Position numbers and translations under genes: made by a program. From Spirulina sp. (GTDB lineage: Bacteria; Cyanobacteriota; Cyanobacteriia; Phormidesmidales; Phormidesmidaceae), in assembly GCA_044070495.1 (NCBI GenBank), contig JBIPSI010000006.1, forward strand, positions 1 through 64,000: 64,000 nucleotides of DNA, written 5' to 3'. Below, piece after piece: positions 16,151-29,761 of this stretch. Below the pieces are notes generated by a model that was not told the DNA's origin, did not search any database, and saw only the letters and a list, made by a program, of their open reading frames with translations. Every line of letters starts with the position of its first letter. Position 1 is the stretch's first letter.

Positions 16151-16591
16151 CTACCGCTTGCGGCCCTGCCAACGGTGTTGCAGGTAGGTAAGGCCACCCC
16201 CCAACAAGGGAATCAACGCCATCATCAGCAACCACAGAGGCGAGGGCGGCGGATCGGGCTGGGCTACGACAAGGGGTGTAAAGGTCAGCATCTCGGCGGT
16301 GGGGCTGGGGATCGCGGCCCAGATGCGCTGGGGGTTGAGGCTGAACATCAGGCGTTGCCAGGTTTCGGGGCCGACCATGCCATCGGCGGGAAGCCCTTGC
16401 TGCTGTTGAAAACGCTGGACGGCCTCGGCGGTATTGTCACCATAGCGCCCGTCGATTTCCCCTTGGTACCATCCGCCCTGGGCAAGGGCCGTCTGAAGTT
16501 GCTGAACGGCTTCCCCCTCATCACCGGGGGCGACGGGGGGCAGGGGTGAATTCAGCCATGGAACAATGGGCGAGGGGAGGACTCCAGACAT
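16151..16591 (-). CDS. peptidoglycan-binding domain protein with C-terminal TM helix
   Basis: GDEGEAVQQLQ...DGRYG..TAEAVQRFQ...GLPADGMVGPETW. Confidence 0.85.
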   Translation of the reverse strand: MSGVLPSPIVPWLNSPLPPVAPGDEGEAVQQLQTALAQGGWYQGEIDGRYGDNTAEAVQRFQQQQGLPADGMVGPETWQRLMFSLNPQRIWAAIPSPTAEMLTFTPLVVAQPDPPPSPLWLLMMALIPLLGGGLTYLQHRWQGRKR

Positions 16592-16686
16592 AATCAGGCA
16601 AGGAAGGACGGTGAAATGACAGGCTGAAGCACGGCAATCTGGGTATGCGCAGGCGGCGAAGGTCTCGACCGCTAAGGGAATCCCCT

Positions 16687-17670
16687 CTAGGTAGGGGCAA
16701 AACCCCACAGCCACAGCGGCAACGTCAATAGTAGCCCGACCGAACTCAGTCCCACACAGGTGACGGAGAGTTCGCGGTCGAGATCGTAGGCTTCGGCCAG
16801 CACCAGGTTAGAGAAGGCGCTGGGCATTCCGGCCTGGAGCACCATCACCAAGCGGGGTGGGCCGTCGATGCCGACCAGGGTGAGGCCAACCCCTACCACC
16901 AAGGGCAGCAGCAGCAGCTTAATGCCCATGGCCACCCCGGCCCGTGAGAAATGTCGCCAGGTTCTCAGTTGTTGAATGCGTAGCCCCATCAGCAGCAGCG
17001 ACAGCATCACTACCCCCCAGGCGATAGCGTAGAGCAGGCTGTCGAGCCAGGGGGGCAGCGGCAGGGGTTTGAGGGCTAATCCTGTACCAAAGGCGAGGAT
17101 AATCGGGTTGCGTAGCACCTCTAGGGGCCAGCTCACCCAGGCCGGACGGGACAGGGTATGGGGCCGATCTCCAAATTCCGCCGCCAGAATCGCCCCCAGC
17201 CCGTAGGATCCGAGCAGGGTGCCCAGGGCATCGTAGAACAGCGCCCAGCTAAACACGCTCACCCCCAACTGGGGCAGCAGCAGCACGACGGGATAACCAA
17301 TGTAGCCCGTGTTGCCCAGCATCGAGGCCAGGGAAAAGCTACCTTGGGTAGGTCTGGGCCAGGTTTGTCCGCGCAAGGCAATCCACAGGCGACTGCACAA
17401 CAGCCCCAACAGCATCGCCCCCCAGGCCACCACGGGCGCGAGGTACACTGGCCCCGACAGATCCGCCCGCCGCGTAAACCCAATGATGCTAAGGGGAATG
17501 CCCACCCAAAACAAAAATTTGCCCAGGGCGAGGGGAACGGTCTGGTGCAGGCGTTGGCTGGGTTCGTGGCCAATCTGGACATAGGCCAAGGCGTGACCTA
17601 CCCCCACCCCCGCCAACACCCCCGCCGCAATGGGCAGGTATAGCCGTAGCAGAACCCCAAACGGTGGCAT
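16687..17670 (-). CDS. AEC (auxin efflux carrier) family transporter
   Basis: GNTGYIGYPV and QAGMPSAF motifs; about 10 TM segments. Confidence 0.88.
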   Translation of the reverse strand: MPPFGVLLRLYLPIAAGVLAGVGVGHALAYVQIGHEPSQRLHQTVPLALGKFLFWVGIPLSIIGFTRRADLSGPVYLAPVVAWGAMLLGLLCSRLWIALRGQTWPRPTQGSFSLASMLGNTGYIGYPVVLLLPQLGVSVFSWALFYDALGTLLGSYGLGAILAAEFGDRPHTLSRPAWVSWPLEVLRNPIILAFGTGLALKPLPLPPWLDSLLYAIAWGVVMLSLLLMGLRIQQLRTWRHFSRAGVAMGIKLLLLPLVVGVGLTLVGIDGPPRLVMVLQAGMPSAFSNLVLAEAYDLDRELSVTCVGLSSVGLLLTLPLWLWGFAPT

Positions 17671-17778
17671 GGCCCCTGCATTCTCCCAAACGCAACCGTG
17701 ACTGTTTCAGTGTGTCACGTTATCGGATGGGCGGCAGGGGCATGGGAACGGGAGTCTAGGGCCAGTGGGGGTCGGGGT

Positions 17779-19230
17779 TTAGTCTACGGTGAGTAGGAAG
17801 GCTCCCTGCCCCGTGCGGTCAAAGGCATTGACAATGACACGGTAGAATCCATTGCGCGGCAGGGTCACCACCAGTTCCGAGTTGGTGTCGTTGGGGTTGC
17901 GGTCGTCGTTTTCCCCAAGGCGGTTGCCCTGCTCATCCAGCAGGATCAGGTAGGTGTCGAACACATTGCTGCTGAGGCTAATGCGTACGGTTTGCCCTGC
18001 CCGCCCCTGGAAGCGATATTCCTGGTAGAAGGATCCATCGTTAAGGGTGTCATCGCCGGGGCCGAGGCTACCCTGCTGGCGCAAAATCGATCCACTGCCC
18101 TGGGGAGAGGTGGTTGTACCCCCCGAATTACCACCGTTGCCGCCGTTGCCGCTGAGGCGCAGTTGGTACCGTCCGGTTTCCCCTTCGGCGTAGGCGTTGG
18201 CCAAAATCAAATAGGTGCCCGTATAGGGCAACTGCACCGACAGACGAGCATTGAGGTTGCCGCCGCTGTCGTCATCCTGCACGAAGAAGTCTTCATTGTC
18301 GGGGGCCAGCAAAATCAGATAGGCATCGAGATCATTACTCACCATGTCGATGGTAATGCGCTGGCCCGCTTGGCCCTCAAAGCTGTAGGGGGTGTAGTAG
18401 CTACCGTCGGGGAGGACGTTGCTGTTGCTGTCGAGTTGGCCTTGAACAGGGTTGCCGTTCAGGGCCAGAGGGATGGGGTCTTGGTCGGTACGGCCACCTC
18501 GGTTGGTGGTGCTGGCTTGGCCAGACCGCACCGAGGCCAAAAACTGCTGCACGGCGTTGGTGGGGATGGCAAAGCCGATGCCGACGTTGCCCCCAGATTG
18601 CCCGGTGGTAAAGATTGAGGTATTGACCCCAATCATTTGGCCTTCGCGGTTGAGCAGTGGCCCGCCAGAATTGCCAGGGTTGATGGCGGCATCGGTTTGA
18701 ATCAGGTTGCGCTCGGTGTCGATGCGGCTGATGATGCCCACCGTGAGGGTGCCCTGGAGACCAAAGGGACTACCAATAGCCAGGGCGCTTTGGCCCACCC
18801 GCACCGAGTTGGGGGGCGCAATGGTGACGGTCGGGAGGTTGCCGGGGTTGCCCCGCAGGCGCACAGCGGCCAAGTCTAGGCGGTTTTCGCCATAGCCCAC
18901 CACATCCCCCTGCAAGCTACGGCCATCGGCGAGGCGCACCGTCACCACCCGATCATTCCCCACCACATGGGCATTGGTGAGGATCAGCCCACTGGCATCC
19001 ACGATGCTACCGCTGCCGCCCCCCGTGCGGGTTTGAATCGCCACCACCGCCGGACTGACGCGGTCGTAGACGCGGACAGTGGTGGCTTCATCTAGGGTGG
19101 ACTGGGCAAGGGCTGCTTGTGGCCCAAGAATACGCGCTCCAGGCCAAGGGGCTGTACCGGGCAGAACGCCCAGCAACGCGCCCATTACGAGGGAACCCGA
19201 AGCCAATCGTGTAAAGACGGTGTGTGCCAT
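17779..19230 (-). CDS. trypsin-like (HtrA-related) serine protease with two PPC domains
   Basis: LTNAHVV, DLA, IQTDAAINPGNSGGPLL; two F.G.AGQ...D.YLILL...DD repeats; no PDZ domain seen. Confidence 0.9.
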   Translation of the reverse strand: MAHTVFTRLASGSLVMGALLGVLPGTAPWPGARILGPQAALAQSTLDEATTVRVYDRVSPAVVAIQTRTGGGSGSIVDASGLILTNAHVVGNDRVVTVRLADGRSLQGDVVGYGENRLDLAAVRLRGNPGNLPTVTIAPPNSVRVGQSALAIGSPFGLQGTLTVGIISRIDTERNLIQTDAAINPGNSGGPLLNREGQMIGVNTSIFTTGQSGGNVGIGFAIPTNAVQQFLASVRSGQASTTNRGGRTDQDPIPLALNGNPVQGQLDSNSNVLPDGSYYTPYSFEGQAGQRITIDMVSNDLDAYLILLAPDNEDFFVQDDDSGGNLNARLSVQLPYTGTYLILANAYAEGETGRYQLRLSGNGGNGGNSGGTTTSPQGSGSILRQQGSLGPGDDTLNDGSFYQEYRFQGRAGQTVRISLSSNVFDTYLILLDEQGNRLGENDDRNPNDTNSELVVTLPRNGFYRVIVNAFDRTGQGAFLLTVD

Positions 19231-19281
19231 GGCGACGTCGTTAGGTTGAGAGGGATCTGGAAAGAAGGAGGTGCCGTTAGG

Positions 19282-19316
19282 TGGTTATTGGTTGTTGGTT
19301 ATTGGTTGTTGGTTAT
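19282..19316. repeat. heptamer STRR TGGTT(A/G)T x5
   Basis: Read directly. Confidence 0.85.
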
Positions 19317-19425
19317 AGTTTACGGGGGTATTGTCCTAGGGTCAGGATAGCCTTGGCGCATGGTCTTCGGCCCAGGGGTCTAGGACAGTTTGCCCACAGG
19401 CACGGGAAAAGTATCGGGCCGAAGG

Positions 19426-22400
19426 TTAGGGGGCAATCTCAACGCGGTTGCGGCCTGTGCTTTTGGCTTGGTATAGGGCGGCATCGGCGGCTTTAATCAG
19501 GGCTTTGGCCGTATAGCCGTGGTCGGGGAAACAGGATACCCCTAGGGATGCGGTAAAGGGATGGAGGGTAATGCCTTCGTAGTCTATCCGCAGGCGTTCA
19601 ATTTCCAGGCGGATGGCCTCGGCTCTTAGCTCAGTCACGGCTAGGGTAGATTCTGGCAAAATCAGGGTCATTTCTTCCCCCCCATAGCGACAGGCAATGT
19701 CTGACCCCCGCACCCGTTCCCGCAGAATTTTGCCCACGGCCTGGAGCGCCAAATCCCCGGCATCGTGGCCGTAGGTGTCGTTGACGCTCTTAAAGTAGTC
19801 AATATCCAGCATGATCACCCCAATGGCGCGGTTGTGGCGCTGCGCCCGCTGAATTTCCTGCTGAAGGGATTCCTCCAGGTAGCGGCGGTTGAATAGGCCC
19901 GTGAGCGGATCTCGAATGCTTTGGTGCTGGAGGGTTTCGCGCAGGTGCAGGTTCGCAATGGCGAGGGACAACTGCTCGGCGACGGTGCGGGCTAGCTGCT
20001 GTTTGGCCTCCGGGAAGTGGGCCGAGGTTTCGGCACAGAGGTAGAACAATCCCAGCATTTCTCCTTGGGCCTGCATGGGCAAGCAGAGGGTGATAGCGGT
20101 GGCCGAAGCGTTGCTGTGGTGGCAGCGCAGCCCGGTTTGGCCAGGATCGACCAGGTGGCTGCGACCCCGCCGCAAGGCCCAGCAGTCTTGGGGGTGGAAC
20201 TCGGTCATGGAGGTGAGGTTTTGCCCCCAGGTGGCCACCAGTTCAGCGTAGTTGCGGGAGGCGTTAATGATGAAGATACTGCCGCAGCAGTGGGGAAACA
20301 TGGGAGCAACTAGGGCACCCATAGCCTCGTAGGCCTCCTGCATCGTCAGGCAGGACTGAATGAATTCGTTCATTTCGCCCAGGCGCAGCATTTCCTGCTG
20401 GCGCTGGCACAGATTAGCGACATTGTCCTGCAATTTTTGGTTCGATTGCTGGAGCGCCATTTCCGACCGCTTCAGGGGAGTAATATCCCGACAGGTGACC
20501 GCGACCCCATCCCCCAGGGTGACCGCCGTCACCTCCAGCCAAAAATCGAGATTGCGGCGGCGGTAGTGGACGGGCTGCTGCACCGATTCGCCCGTGCTCA
20601 CCACCTGCTGACAGAGGGAAAACAGAGTATCCGCGTGGCGATGGGTGCGAATATCCAATAACCGTTTCCCCAGCAGTTGTTGGGGGGTGTGGTCTAGGAG
20701 ATCGGCGGCGGTGGGGTTGCACAGCAGCCACTCAAAGTCGATCACCAGATCGCCCTGGCGCACCGCCCGGAAAGCCATGATGCCATCCAGGGAACTGTTC
20801 AACACGCCGCTAAGCTGCATTTCTGAGGTTTGCAACGCCGCCTGGATTTCCACCGTGGGCGTCACATCCAGGTGGCTCCCAACCATCCTTACCACCCGGC
20901 CTTCTTCATCCACCACGTGGAGCAGGCGGGTTAGCATGTAAACCGTTGACCCGTTTTTGTGGCGGTAGCGCTGCACCAGGGAAAAGTGATCGGTACGTCC
21001 AGCGTTGTAGTCCTCCGTGAGCTGGTAGGAAATCTTCCGATCCTCCCCAAAGACAACGGACTCCCACATGGCCAGGGAATTTTCTAGTTCGTGGTCGTCG
21101 TAGCCGAGGATGGCCTTCCAGCGGGGGGAAAAGTAGATCTCGTTAGCCAGCAGATTCCAGTCCGAAAAACCCTCGGAGGAAGCCTGGAGCACCAGCTCAA
21201 GCTGTTCCTTGGTGGATTTGAGATCGATCTCGGACTGCCGCCGATGGGTAATATCTCGCGCCGCCGCATAGACCACCGTCCCCACCGGAACCGACCGCCA
21301 CTCAATCCAGCGGTAGGATCCATCCCGGCAGCGGTAGCGGTTGACAAAGTTGAGGATTTCCTGCTGATTCGCCAGGGTGGTCAGGGTGGCCAGGGTCGCC
21401 TCCACATCATCGGGATGCACGTAGTCGATAAACCGTGTGCCCTCTAGCTCCTCTAGGGGGTAGCCCAAGATTTTCTCCCAGGCACAGTTGAGGCGGCGGA
21501 AGTAGCCGTCGGTGTCGGCAATACACAGCAGATCTAGGGAGACCGAAAAGAACCGATCCAGCTCATCAATTTTGGTTTCTAGGGCAAGTTCGGTTTGCTT
21601 GCGCTCGGTGATATCGCGCACAATCACCAGGCATTCCTCGTCGCTACAGGGCACCAAGCGCACTTCCTCGTAGCAGGTTTTGCCATGCTTGGGAATCTGC
21701 TGCTCCCACACCTGAAGCTGGCCCGTAGTCAGGGCTTGGTCAATGCGCTGGAGTTGGTAGTGCAGAATATCGAGGGGCAACACCTCCGAGAGGTGGCGCT
21801 GAATCGGCAAAAAGCTGCCGGAGGCTCCATCCTTCGGCAGCAACACCATAAAGCAGGTGCCGTCGCGCCCTACCCGCAACAGCAGATCCGGAATCGCCGA
21901 TAGAATCGCGTGGTTGGTGGCCTCGCTTTGGCGCAGAATGATTTCCATCTGCTGCCGCTGCATTTCCTCCCGCTTGTGATCGCTAATATCGGTATGGGTG
22001 CCAATCAACCGCTGGGGCTGGCCCTCCGCACTCCATTCAATCACCTGCCCCCGGTCTAAAATCCACTTATAGCGACCGTCTTTGCAGCGCATGCGGTGCT
22101 CGTTTTGGTAAATTGGGGTTTCGCCGCGCAGGTGGGCCTCCAGATCGGCGTAGCACTGGGCTTTGTCGTAGGGATGTACCCGGCTGTCCCACTCCTCTAG
22201 TCGATTACTAATTTCGTGATCGTCGTAGCCCAGCATCATTTTCCACTGGGCCGAGAAAAAGACCTCGTTGGTGATAGGGTTCCAGTCCCATAGGCCATCC
22301 CCGGTACTGTCTAGGGCCATCTGCCAGCGCCGCACCGTCGCCTGTTCTGCCACAAGCTGCTCACGGAGGGACTGGTTGGCCCGATTGAGTGCCATTACCT

Positions 22401-22506
22401 GGGCACGCAGAGACGCCACAGTTTCCCCAGGACTCACCATCGCCTCAGTGGATTCCCCTAGCGAAACGGCATTGGGGCTATCTATAGATACGATCTCACC
22501 AGCCAC
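19426..22506 (-). CDS. multi-PAS/GAF diguanylate cyclase
   Basis: Several PAS/PAC domains, a GAF domain, DPLTGLFNRR, DIDYFK, RGSD I-site and GGEEM. Confidence 0.93.
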   Translation of the reverse strand: MAGEIVSIDSPNAVSLGESTEAMVSPGETVASLRAQVMALNRANQSLREQLVAEQATVRRWQMALDSTGDGLWDWNPITNEVFFSAQWKMMLGYDDHEISNRLEEWDSRVHPYDKAQCYADLEAHLRGETPIYQNEHRMRCKDGRYKWILDRGQVIEWSAEGQPQRLIGTHTDISDHKREEMQRQQMEIILRQSEATNHAILSAIPDLLLRVGRDGTCFMVLLPKDGASGSFLPIQRHLSEVLPLDILHYQLQRIDQALTTGQLQVWEQQIPKHGKTCYEEVRLVPCSDEECLVIVRDITERKQTELALETKIDELDRFFSVSLDLLCIADTDGYFRRLNCAWEKILGYPLEELEGTRFIDYVHPDDVEATLATLTTLANQQEILNFVNRYRCRDGSYRWIEWRSVPVGTVVYAAARDITHRRQSEIDLKSTKEQLELVLQASSEGFSDWNLLANEIYFSPRWKAILGYDDHELENSLAMWESVVFGEDRKISYQLTEDYNAGRTDHFSLVQRYRHKNGSTVYMLTRLLHVVDEEGRVVRMVGSHLDVTPTVEIQAALQTSEMQLSGVLNSSLDGIMAFRAVRQGDLVIDFEWLLCNPTAADLLDHTPQQLLGKRLLDIRTHRHADTLFSLCQQVVSTGESVQQPVHYRRRNLDFWLEVTAVTLGDGVAVTCRDITPLKRSEMALQQSNQKLQDNVANLCQRQQEMLRLGEMNEFIQSCLTMQEAYEAMGALVAPMFPHCCGSIFIINASRNYAELVATWGQNLTSMTEFHPQDCWALRRGRSHLVDPGQTGLRCHHSNASATAITLCLPMQAQGEMLGLFYLCAETSAHFPEAKQQLARTVAEQLSLAIANLHLRETLQHQSIRDPLTGLFNRRYLEESLQQEIQRAQRHNRAIGVIMLDIDYFKSVNDTYGHDAGDLALQAVGKILRERVRGSDIACRYGGEEMTLILPESTLAVTELRAEAIRLEIERLRIDYEGITLHPFTASLGVSCFPDHGYTAKALIKAADAALYQAKSTGRNRVEIAP

Positions 22507-22854
22507 AGCGTTACCTTAGGAACAGAGAACAAGCAGAGAGGAAGTCGGCCCAACAGCGCAAAAACCGCCCTAGGATAGAGGCAAGGTTAACAACGCTCAT
22601 CTCTCTTTGTGTGCCCATTCCAAGGGAGTAACCATGCCCCACACCATCGTTCTTTAACCTTCTTAAGGAAAGAAAATTAAACGCGGCGAGGGGTGACTAT
22701 ACTTACCTCTATCTTCCCCTCTGGTTCACCAAAGGGTTGTATTGATCACAATTTATTTAGGTTATTGAGGGTTTCCACGGATCAGGGGCCGTCTGTGGTT
22801 CCCTATCCCACGCCTCGAAACCCCTTAATTCGTCCTTCCTAGAAACCTTTGCCC

Positions 22855-23616
22855 CTAGCCAAGGCGATAACCAAAGCCGCGCACGGTCTTAATGTAGACG
22901 GGGCGACTGGGGTCAGCCTCTAGTTTTTCGCGCAGCCAGCGAATGTGGACATCCACGGTTTTGTTATCTCCCATGAAGTCGTGCCCCCAAACCTGGTCGA
23001 TGATTTGGTCGCGAGACCACACCCGCCGAGGCTGCCCCATAAATAGCTCCAGAATGCGGAACTCCTTGGGCGATAGATTCACCTCGTCCCCCCGCAAGAA
23101 CACGCGACATTCCTGGGGGTGGAGGGTAATGTCTTCAAAGGTCAACCCTGTTTCTGTCGCAGGCTGGGTTTGCCCTTGCCGCCGCCGCCGCAAGGCCCGA
23201 CAGCGAGCTACCAACTCCCGCATCCCGAAGGGCTTGGTGAGGTAGTCGTCGGCTCCAATTTCTAGGCCCACCACCCGGTCGGTTTCGGTGCCCTTAGCAC
23301 TCAGCATCAGAATCGGCACATCAATGCCCTGGTGCCGCAGCAAACGGCAGAGATCTAGGCCGTTCATCCCTGGCAGCATTAGATCCAGCACCACCAGGTG
23401 AATTTCGGGGCGATTCACCCGGCTAGCGGTGGCGGTGCCCCCCAGCAGATCCAGGGCGGTGAGGCCATCCTCGGCAATCAGCACATCAAATCCTTCTTCG
23501 GCCAGCCCTAGGGCCACCGTCTGCCGAATCAGCTCTTCGTCTTCAACAACCAGCACTCGTCCCAACCCGACACGAAGATTGGGCTGCGTCGGCGACAAAA
23601 GCTCTGCGGAATTCAT
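22855..23616 (-). CDS. sphR: OmpR/PhoB family response regulator, SphR-like
   Basis: REC domain (LDLMLP) plus KTVDVHIRWLREKLE..P..P.YI.TVRGFGYR, characteristic of cyanobacterial SphR/PhoB. Start refined to ATG 23616. Confidence 0.75.
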   Translation of the reverse strand: MNSAELLSPTQPNLRVGLGRVLVVEDEELIRQTVALGLAEEGFDVLIAEDGLTALDLLGGTATASRVNRPEIHLVVLDLMLPGMNGLDLCRLLRHQGIDVPILMLSAKGTETDRVVGLEIGADDYLTKPFGMRELVARCRALRRRRQGQTQPATETGLTFEDITLHPQECRVFLRGDEVNLSPKEFRILELFMGQPRRVWSRDQIIDQVWGHDFMGDNKTVDVHIRWLREKLEADPSRPVYIKTVRGFGYRLG

Positions 23617-23926
23617 GTTAAGGGTGAGAAAATCTTCTCTTTGATCATACCAGGTCTGTTTCACCCCCCTAAATAGAGAAAAGTGGAAGATTTTGCCCCA
23701 GGGGCGGCCCCTAAATTCACCTTGATCGCATCGGTCGGTAGACCCAGGCGTCGCCGTAACGCCCCGAAGCCTGGGGTCGTCTGGGGTACGCTGCACTAAC
23801 CCAGGTGAGCCTAGGCTGGATGCCCTAATACTAAGGATCCCAGAGTTCCTAGGTGATAGACGATACCTATACCTGCCTGCCGTACAAACCCTGGGATCTC
23901 CCTGCGGTATGCCCTCCGGGAAAGGG

Positions 23927-25265
<1,339 letters not shown>

Positions 25266-25275
25266 TTACCCTGCA

Positions 25276-25950
25276 ATGATGCTGACTGCCCTGGCCCAAA
25301 TTGGCATCGTGTTAACCTGGCTGGGCCTGGTGGGGGGCGCGGCGGAGGGGGTGCGACGGTTTACCTCAGCGAATCCCGAAATTACCCGCAAAATCGTTCA
25401 TATTGGGGCAGGGCAGGCCATTCTGCTGGCCTGGTGGCTGCAAACCCCGGCCTGGATGGGCATGGCGGCCTCGGTGTTGTTTAGCCTAGTGGCGCTGTTG
25501 TCCTACCGCTATCCGATTCTGCCGGGAATTAACGGAGTGGGACGGCACAGCTTGGGCACCTTTTTCTATGCCGCCAGCATTGGCCTGCTCACCGCCGCCT
25601 TTTGGCCCAGTGGGCAACCCCAGTACGCCGCCCTCGGCATTTTGGTGATGACCTGGGGCGATGGCCTCGCCGCCCTGGTGGGGCAACAATTCGGTCGCCA
25701 TCCCTACAAAGTCCTGGGCAGCAAAAAAAGCTGGGAGGGTAGCCTCACGATGTTACTGGTTAGTTTTATCGTCAGCCTACTCATCCTCGGCCTCACCGCA
25801 GGCTTCACTGTCGCTGTTCTGGCGATAGCGACCCTCGTTGCCCTGGCGGCGACGCTGCTAGAAACCCTGTCGTTCTATGGTCTGGATAACCTCACGGTGC
25901 CCCTGGGCAGTGCGGTGTTGGCCTACGGACTGATGGGGCTTTGGGGGGGA

Positions 25951-25953
<3 letters not shown>
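25276..25953 (+). CDS. phytol/dolichol (polyprenol) kinase family membrane protein
   Basis: RKIVHI, WGDGLAALVG, KSWEGS, GLDNLTVP. Confidence 0.88.
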
Positions 25954-27789
<1,836 letters not shown>

Positions 27790-28040
27790 ACTCAGTCACC
27801 TCAGTCCCCTCCATAGCCAGGTCTTCGTTGACCGGGGCTATGGCTCCAAAGGGCTGGCAGAGCGACCTGAACAGAAAGATGCGACCGCTATTCCCTGTTA
27901 ATTTGCGGAATGTCGGTTCTCAGCCTTTGACTGGGGGCATTTTCAAAAGATCTGCCCCCGCATGGATAAGGCCTGGAGCCTTAAGGGTTGCCCCTAGGCT
28001 TTGCCTAGGGACGGGATGCGGAGACTGACTCCAGACGTTT

Positions 28041-29684
28041 TTAGCGGATGCTGAGTTCGGGGCTGGCTTTGCCACTGACGATGGCCGGATCGATGGCCTG
28101 ATCCTCGGCAATCAACCGGGCCGTCATCTTGGCAGACATCATGACGCTGGGGGTGCCTGCACCCGGTTGGGTGCCTGCACCGACCAGGTATAGGTTGCGG
28201 ATGTCTTCGCTGCGGTTGTGGCCCCGGAAGAAGGCAGACTGCACCAGCAGCGGCTCTGGGCCAAAGGCGTTGCCCTTGTAGGCGTTGAGGGTGCCCTCGA
28301 AGTAGTCGGGGGTGATGTAGCTCTTGCACACCAGGCGCTCCCGCAGGTTGGGCAGATAGCCCCGCTCTTCCAGGTAGCTGAAGACGGCCTCACAGAGCTG
28401 TTCCCCGGCTTCGTCCCAGTTGATGCCGGAGTAGTTGTTGGGCACGGGCACCAGGGTATAGGCCGCGTGGTGTCCGGGGGGGGCGAGGGAGGGGTCAGTC
28501 AGCGTCGGCAGGTGTAGGTATTGGGAGAAGTCCTTAGACAGCACCTTGCGGCCAAAGATATTTTTCAGCAGCCCCTCGTAGCGGGGGCCGAGCAGGATGG
28601 TGTGGTGGCAGAGTTTTTCCGACTCGGTGCCGTCGGCCTTGAAGCCAAAGTAGATCACAAACACCGACATAGACTGCTGGGTCAGCTTCACCCGCAGATC
28701 GCTGTTCCAGAAGCGGTACTGGGGTTCGATCAGTTTGCTGTAGGTGTTGGCCCAGTCGCCGTTGGAGACCACCACGTCCGCATTCATCACGGTGCCATCG
28801 GCGAGGGTGATGCCCGTGGCCACCTTGTCGTTGCCCTGGCGGCTGACGTTGATTTTGGTGACTTCGGTGTTGTAGCGCATCTGGCCACCCAGATCCTCAA
28901 ACTTTTTCACGAAGCCCTGCACCAGCGCCCCGGTGCCGCCCATGGCAAAGTGGATGCCCCAGGTTTTTTCCACGAAGTGAATCATGGCGTAGATGGCGGG
29001 CACGGAGAGGGGGTTGCCGCCCACTAGCAGCGGCTCGAAGGTGAACACCTGGCGCAGCTTGTGGCTCTTGAAGTAGCGGCTGCTGAAGCGGAACAGGTTA
29101 CGCACCGCATCCAACCGCAGCAGGTCGGGGGCGACTTTGAGCATATCGCCGACGGTGCCGAAGTGGGTGTAGCCGAGCTGCAAAAAGCCCCGCTCAAAAA
29201 TGGCCTTGGACTGAGCCTGGAATTGCTCGTAGCCCTCTAGGTCTCCCGGTTCGCCCAGGTCTTGGATTTGTTGGCGGGTGTGGGCATCGTCGCCGTCGTA
29301 ATCGAAAAAGGTGCCGTCGTCGAAGTAGATGCGGTAGAAGGGCAGGATGGGGATGAGCTGGACGTAGCGGCTGGTGCTGGGGCCACCGGAGATGCCTTCC
29401 TTGATGCGCTTATTTTCGTCCACGATGACGGAAGGGAAGTCTTCGGAGGTTAAATCCGCGTGGTCGCGCTCTAGGGAGAACAGTTCCTCGATGAAGTGGG
29501 GCACTGTAATCACCGTTGGCCCCATATCAAAGGTGAAGCCATCCATGCGGCGCACGTAGGCCCGACCACCGGGGGCATCTAGCTTTTCGACGATGGTGGT
29601 GTCAAACCCTAGGCTTTGCAGGCGAATCCCGGCGGATAACCCCCCAACGCCCGACCCGATGATGATGGCTTGTTTGCGGCCCAT
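28041..29684 (-). CDS. crtI: CrtI-type phytoene desaturase family protein
   Basis: FAD motif [10 protein letters not shown]....[15 protein letters not shown]-terminal [21 protein letters not shown] CrtI signature. Confidence 0.8.
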   Translation of the reverse strand: MGRKQAIIIGSGVGGLSAGIRLQSLGFDTTIVEKLDAPGGRAYVRRMDGFTFDMGPTVITVPHFIEELFSLERDHADLTSEDFPSVIVDENKRIKEGISGGPSTSRYVQLIPILPFYRIYFDDGTFFDYDGDDAHTRQQIQDLGEPGDLEGYEQFQAQSKAIFERGFLQLGYTHFGTVGDMLKVAPDLLRLDAVRNLFRFSSRYFKSHKLRQVFTFEPLLVGGNPLSVPAIYAMIHFVEKTWGIHFAMGGTGALVQGFVKKFEDLGGQMRYNTEVTKINVSRQGNDKVATGITLADGTVMNADVVVSNGDWANTYSKLIEPQYRFWNSDLRVKLTQQSMSVFVIYFGFKADGTESEKLCHHTILLGPRYEGLLKNIFGRKVLSKDFSQYLHLPTLTDPSLAPPGHHAAYTLVPVPNNYSGINWDEAGEQLCEAVFSYLEERGYLPNLRERLVCKSYITPDYFEGTLNAYKGNAFGPEPLLVQSAFFRGHNRSEDIRNLYLVGAGTQPGAGTPSVMMSAKMTARLIAEDQAIDPAIVSGKASPELSIR

Positions 29685-29761
29685 GCTCGACTCCTGCCCA
29701 AACGGTTTACAAAGGTTAATATCTCCCTCATATCTTACAACCCTTAGGTCTGCATGGTGGT

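Noticed and set aside
22650..22682. Pho box upstream of the diguanylate cyclase
   Set aside because: The TTAA units lack the 11-bp periodicity of cyanobacterial Pho boxes.
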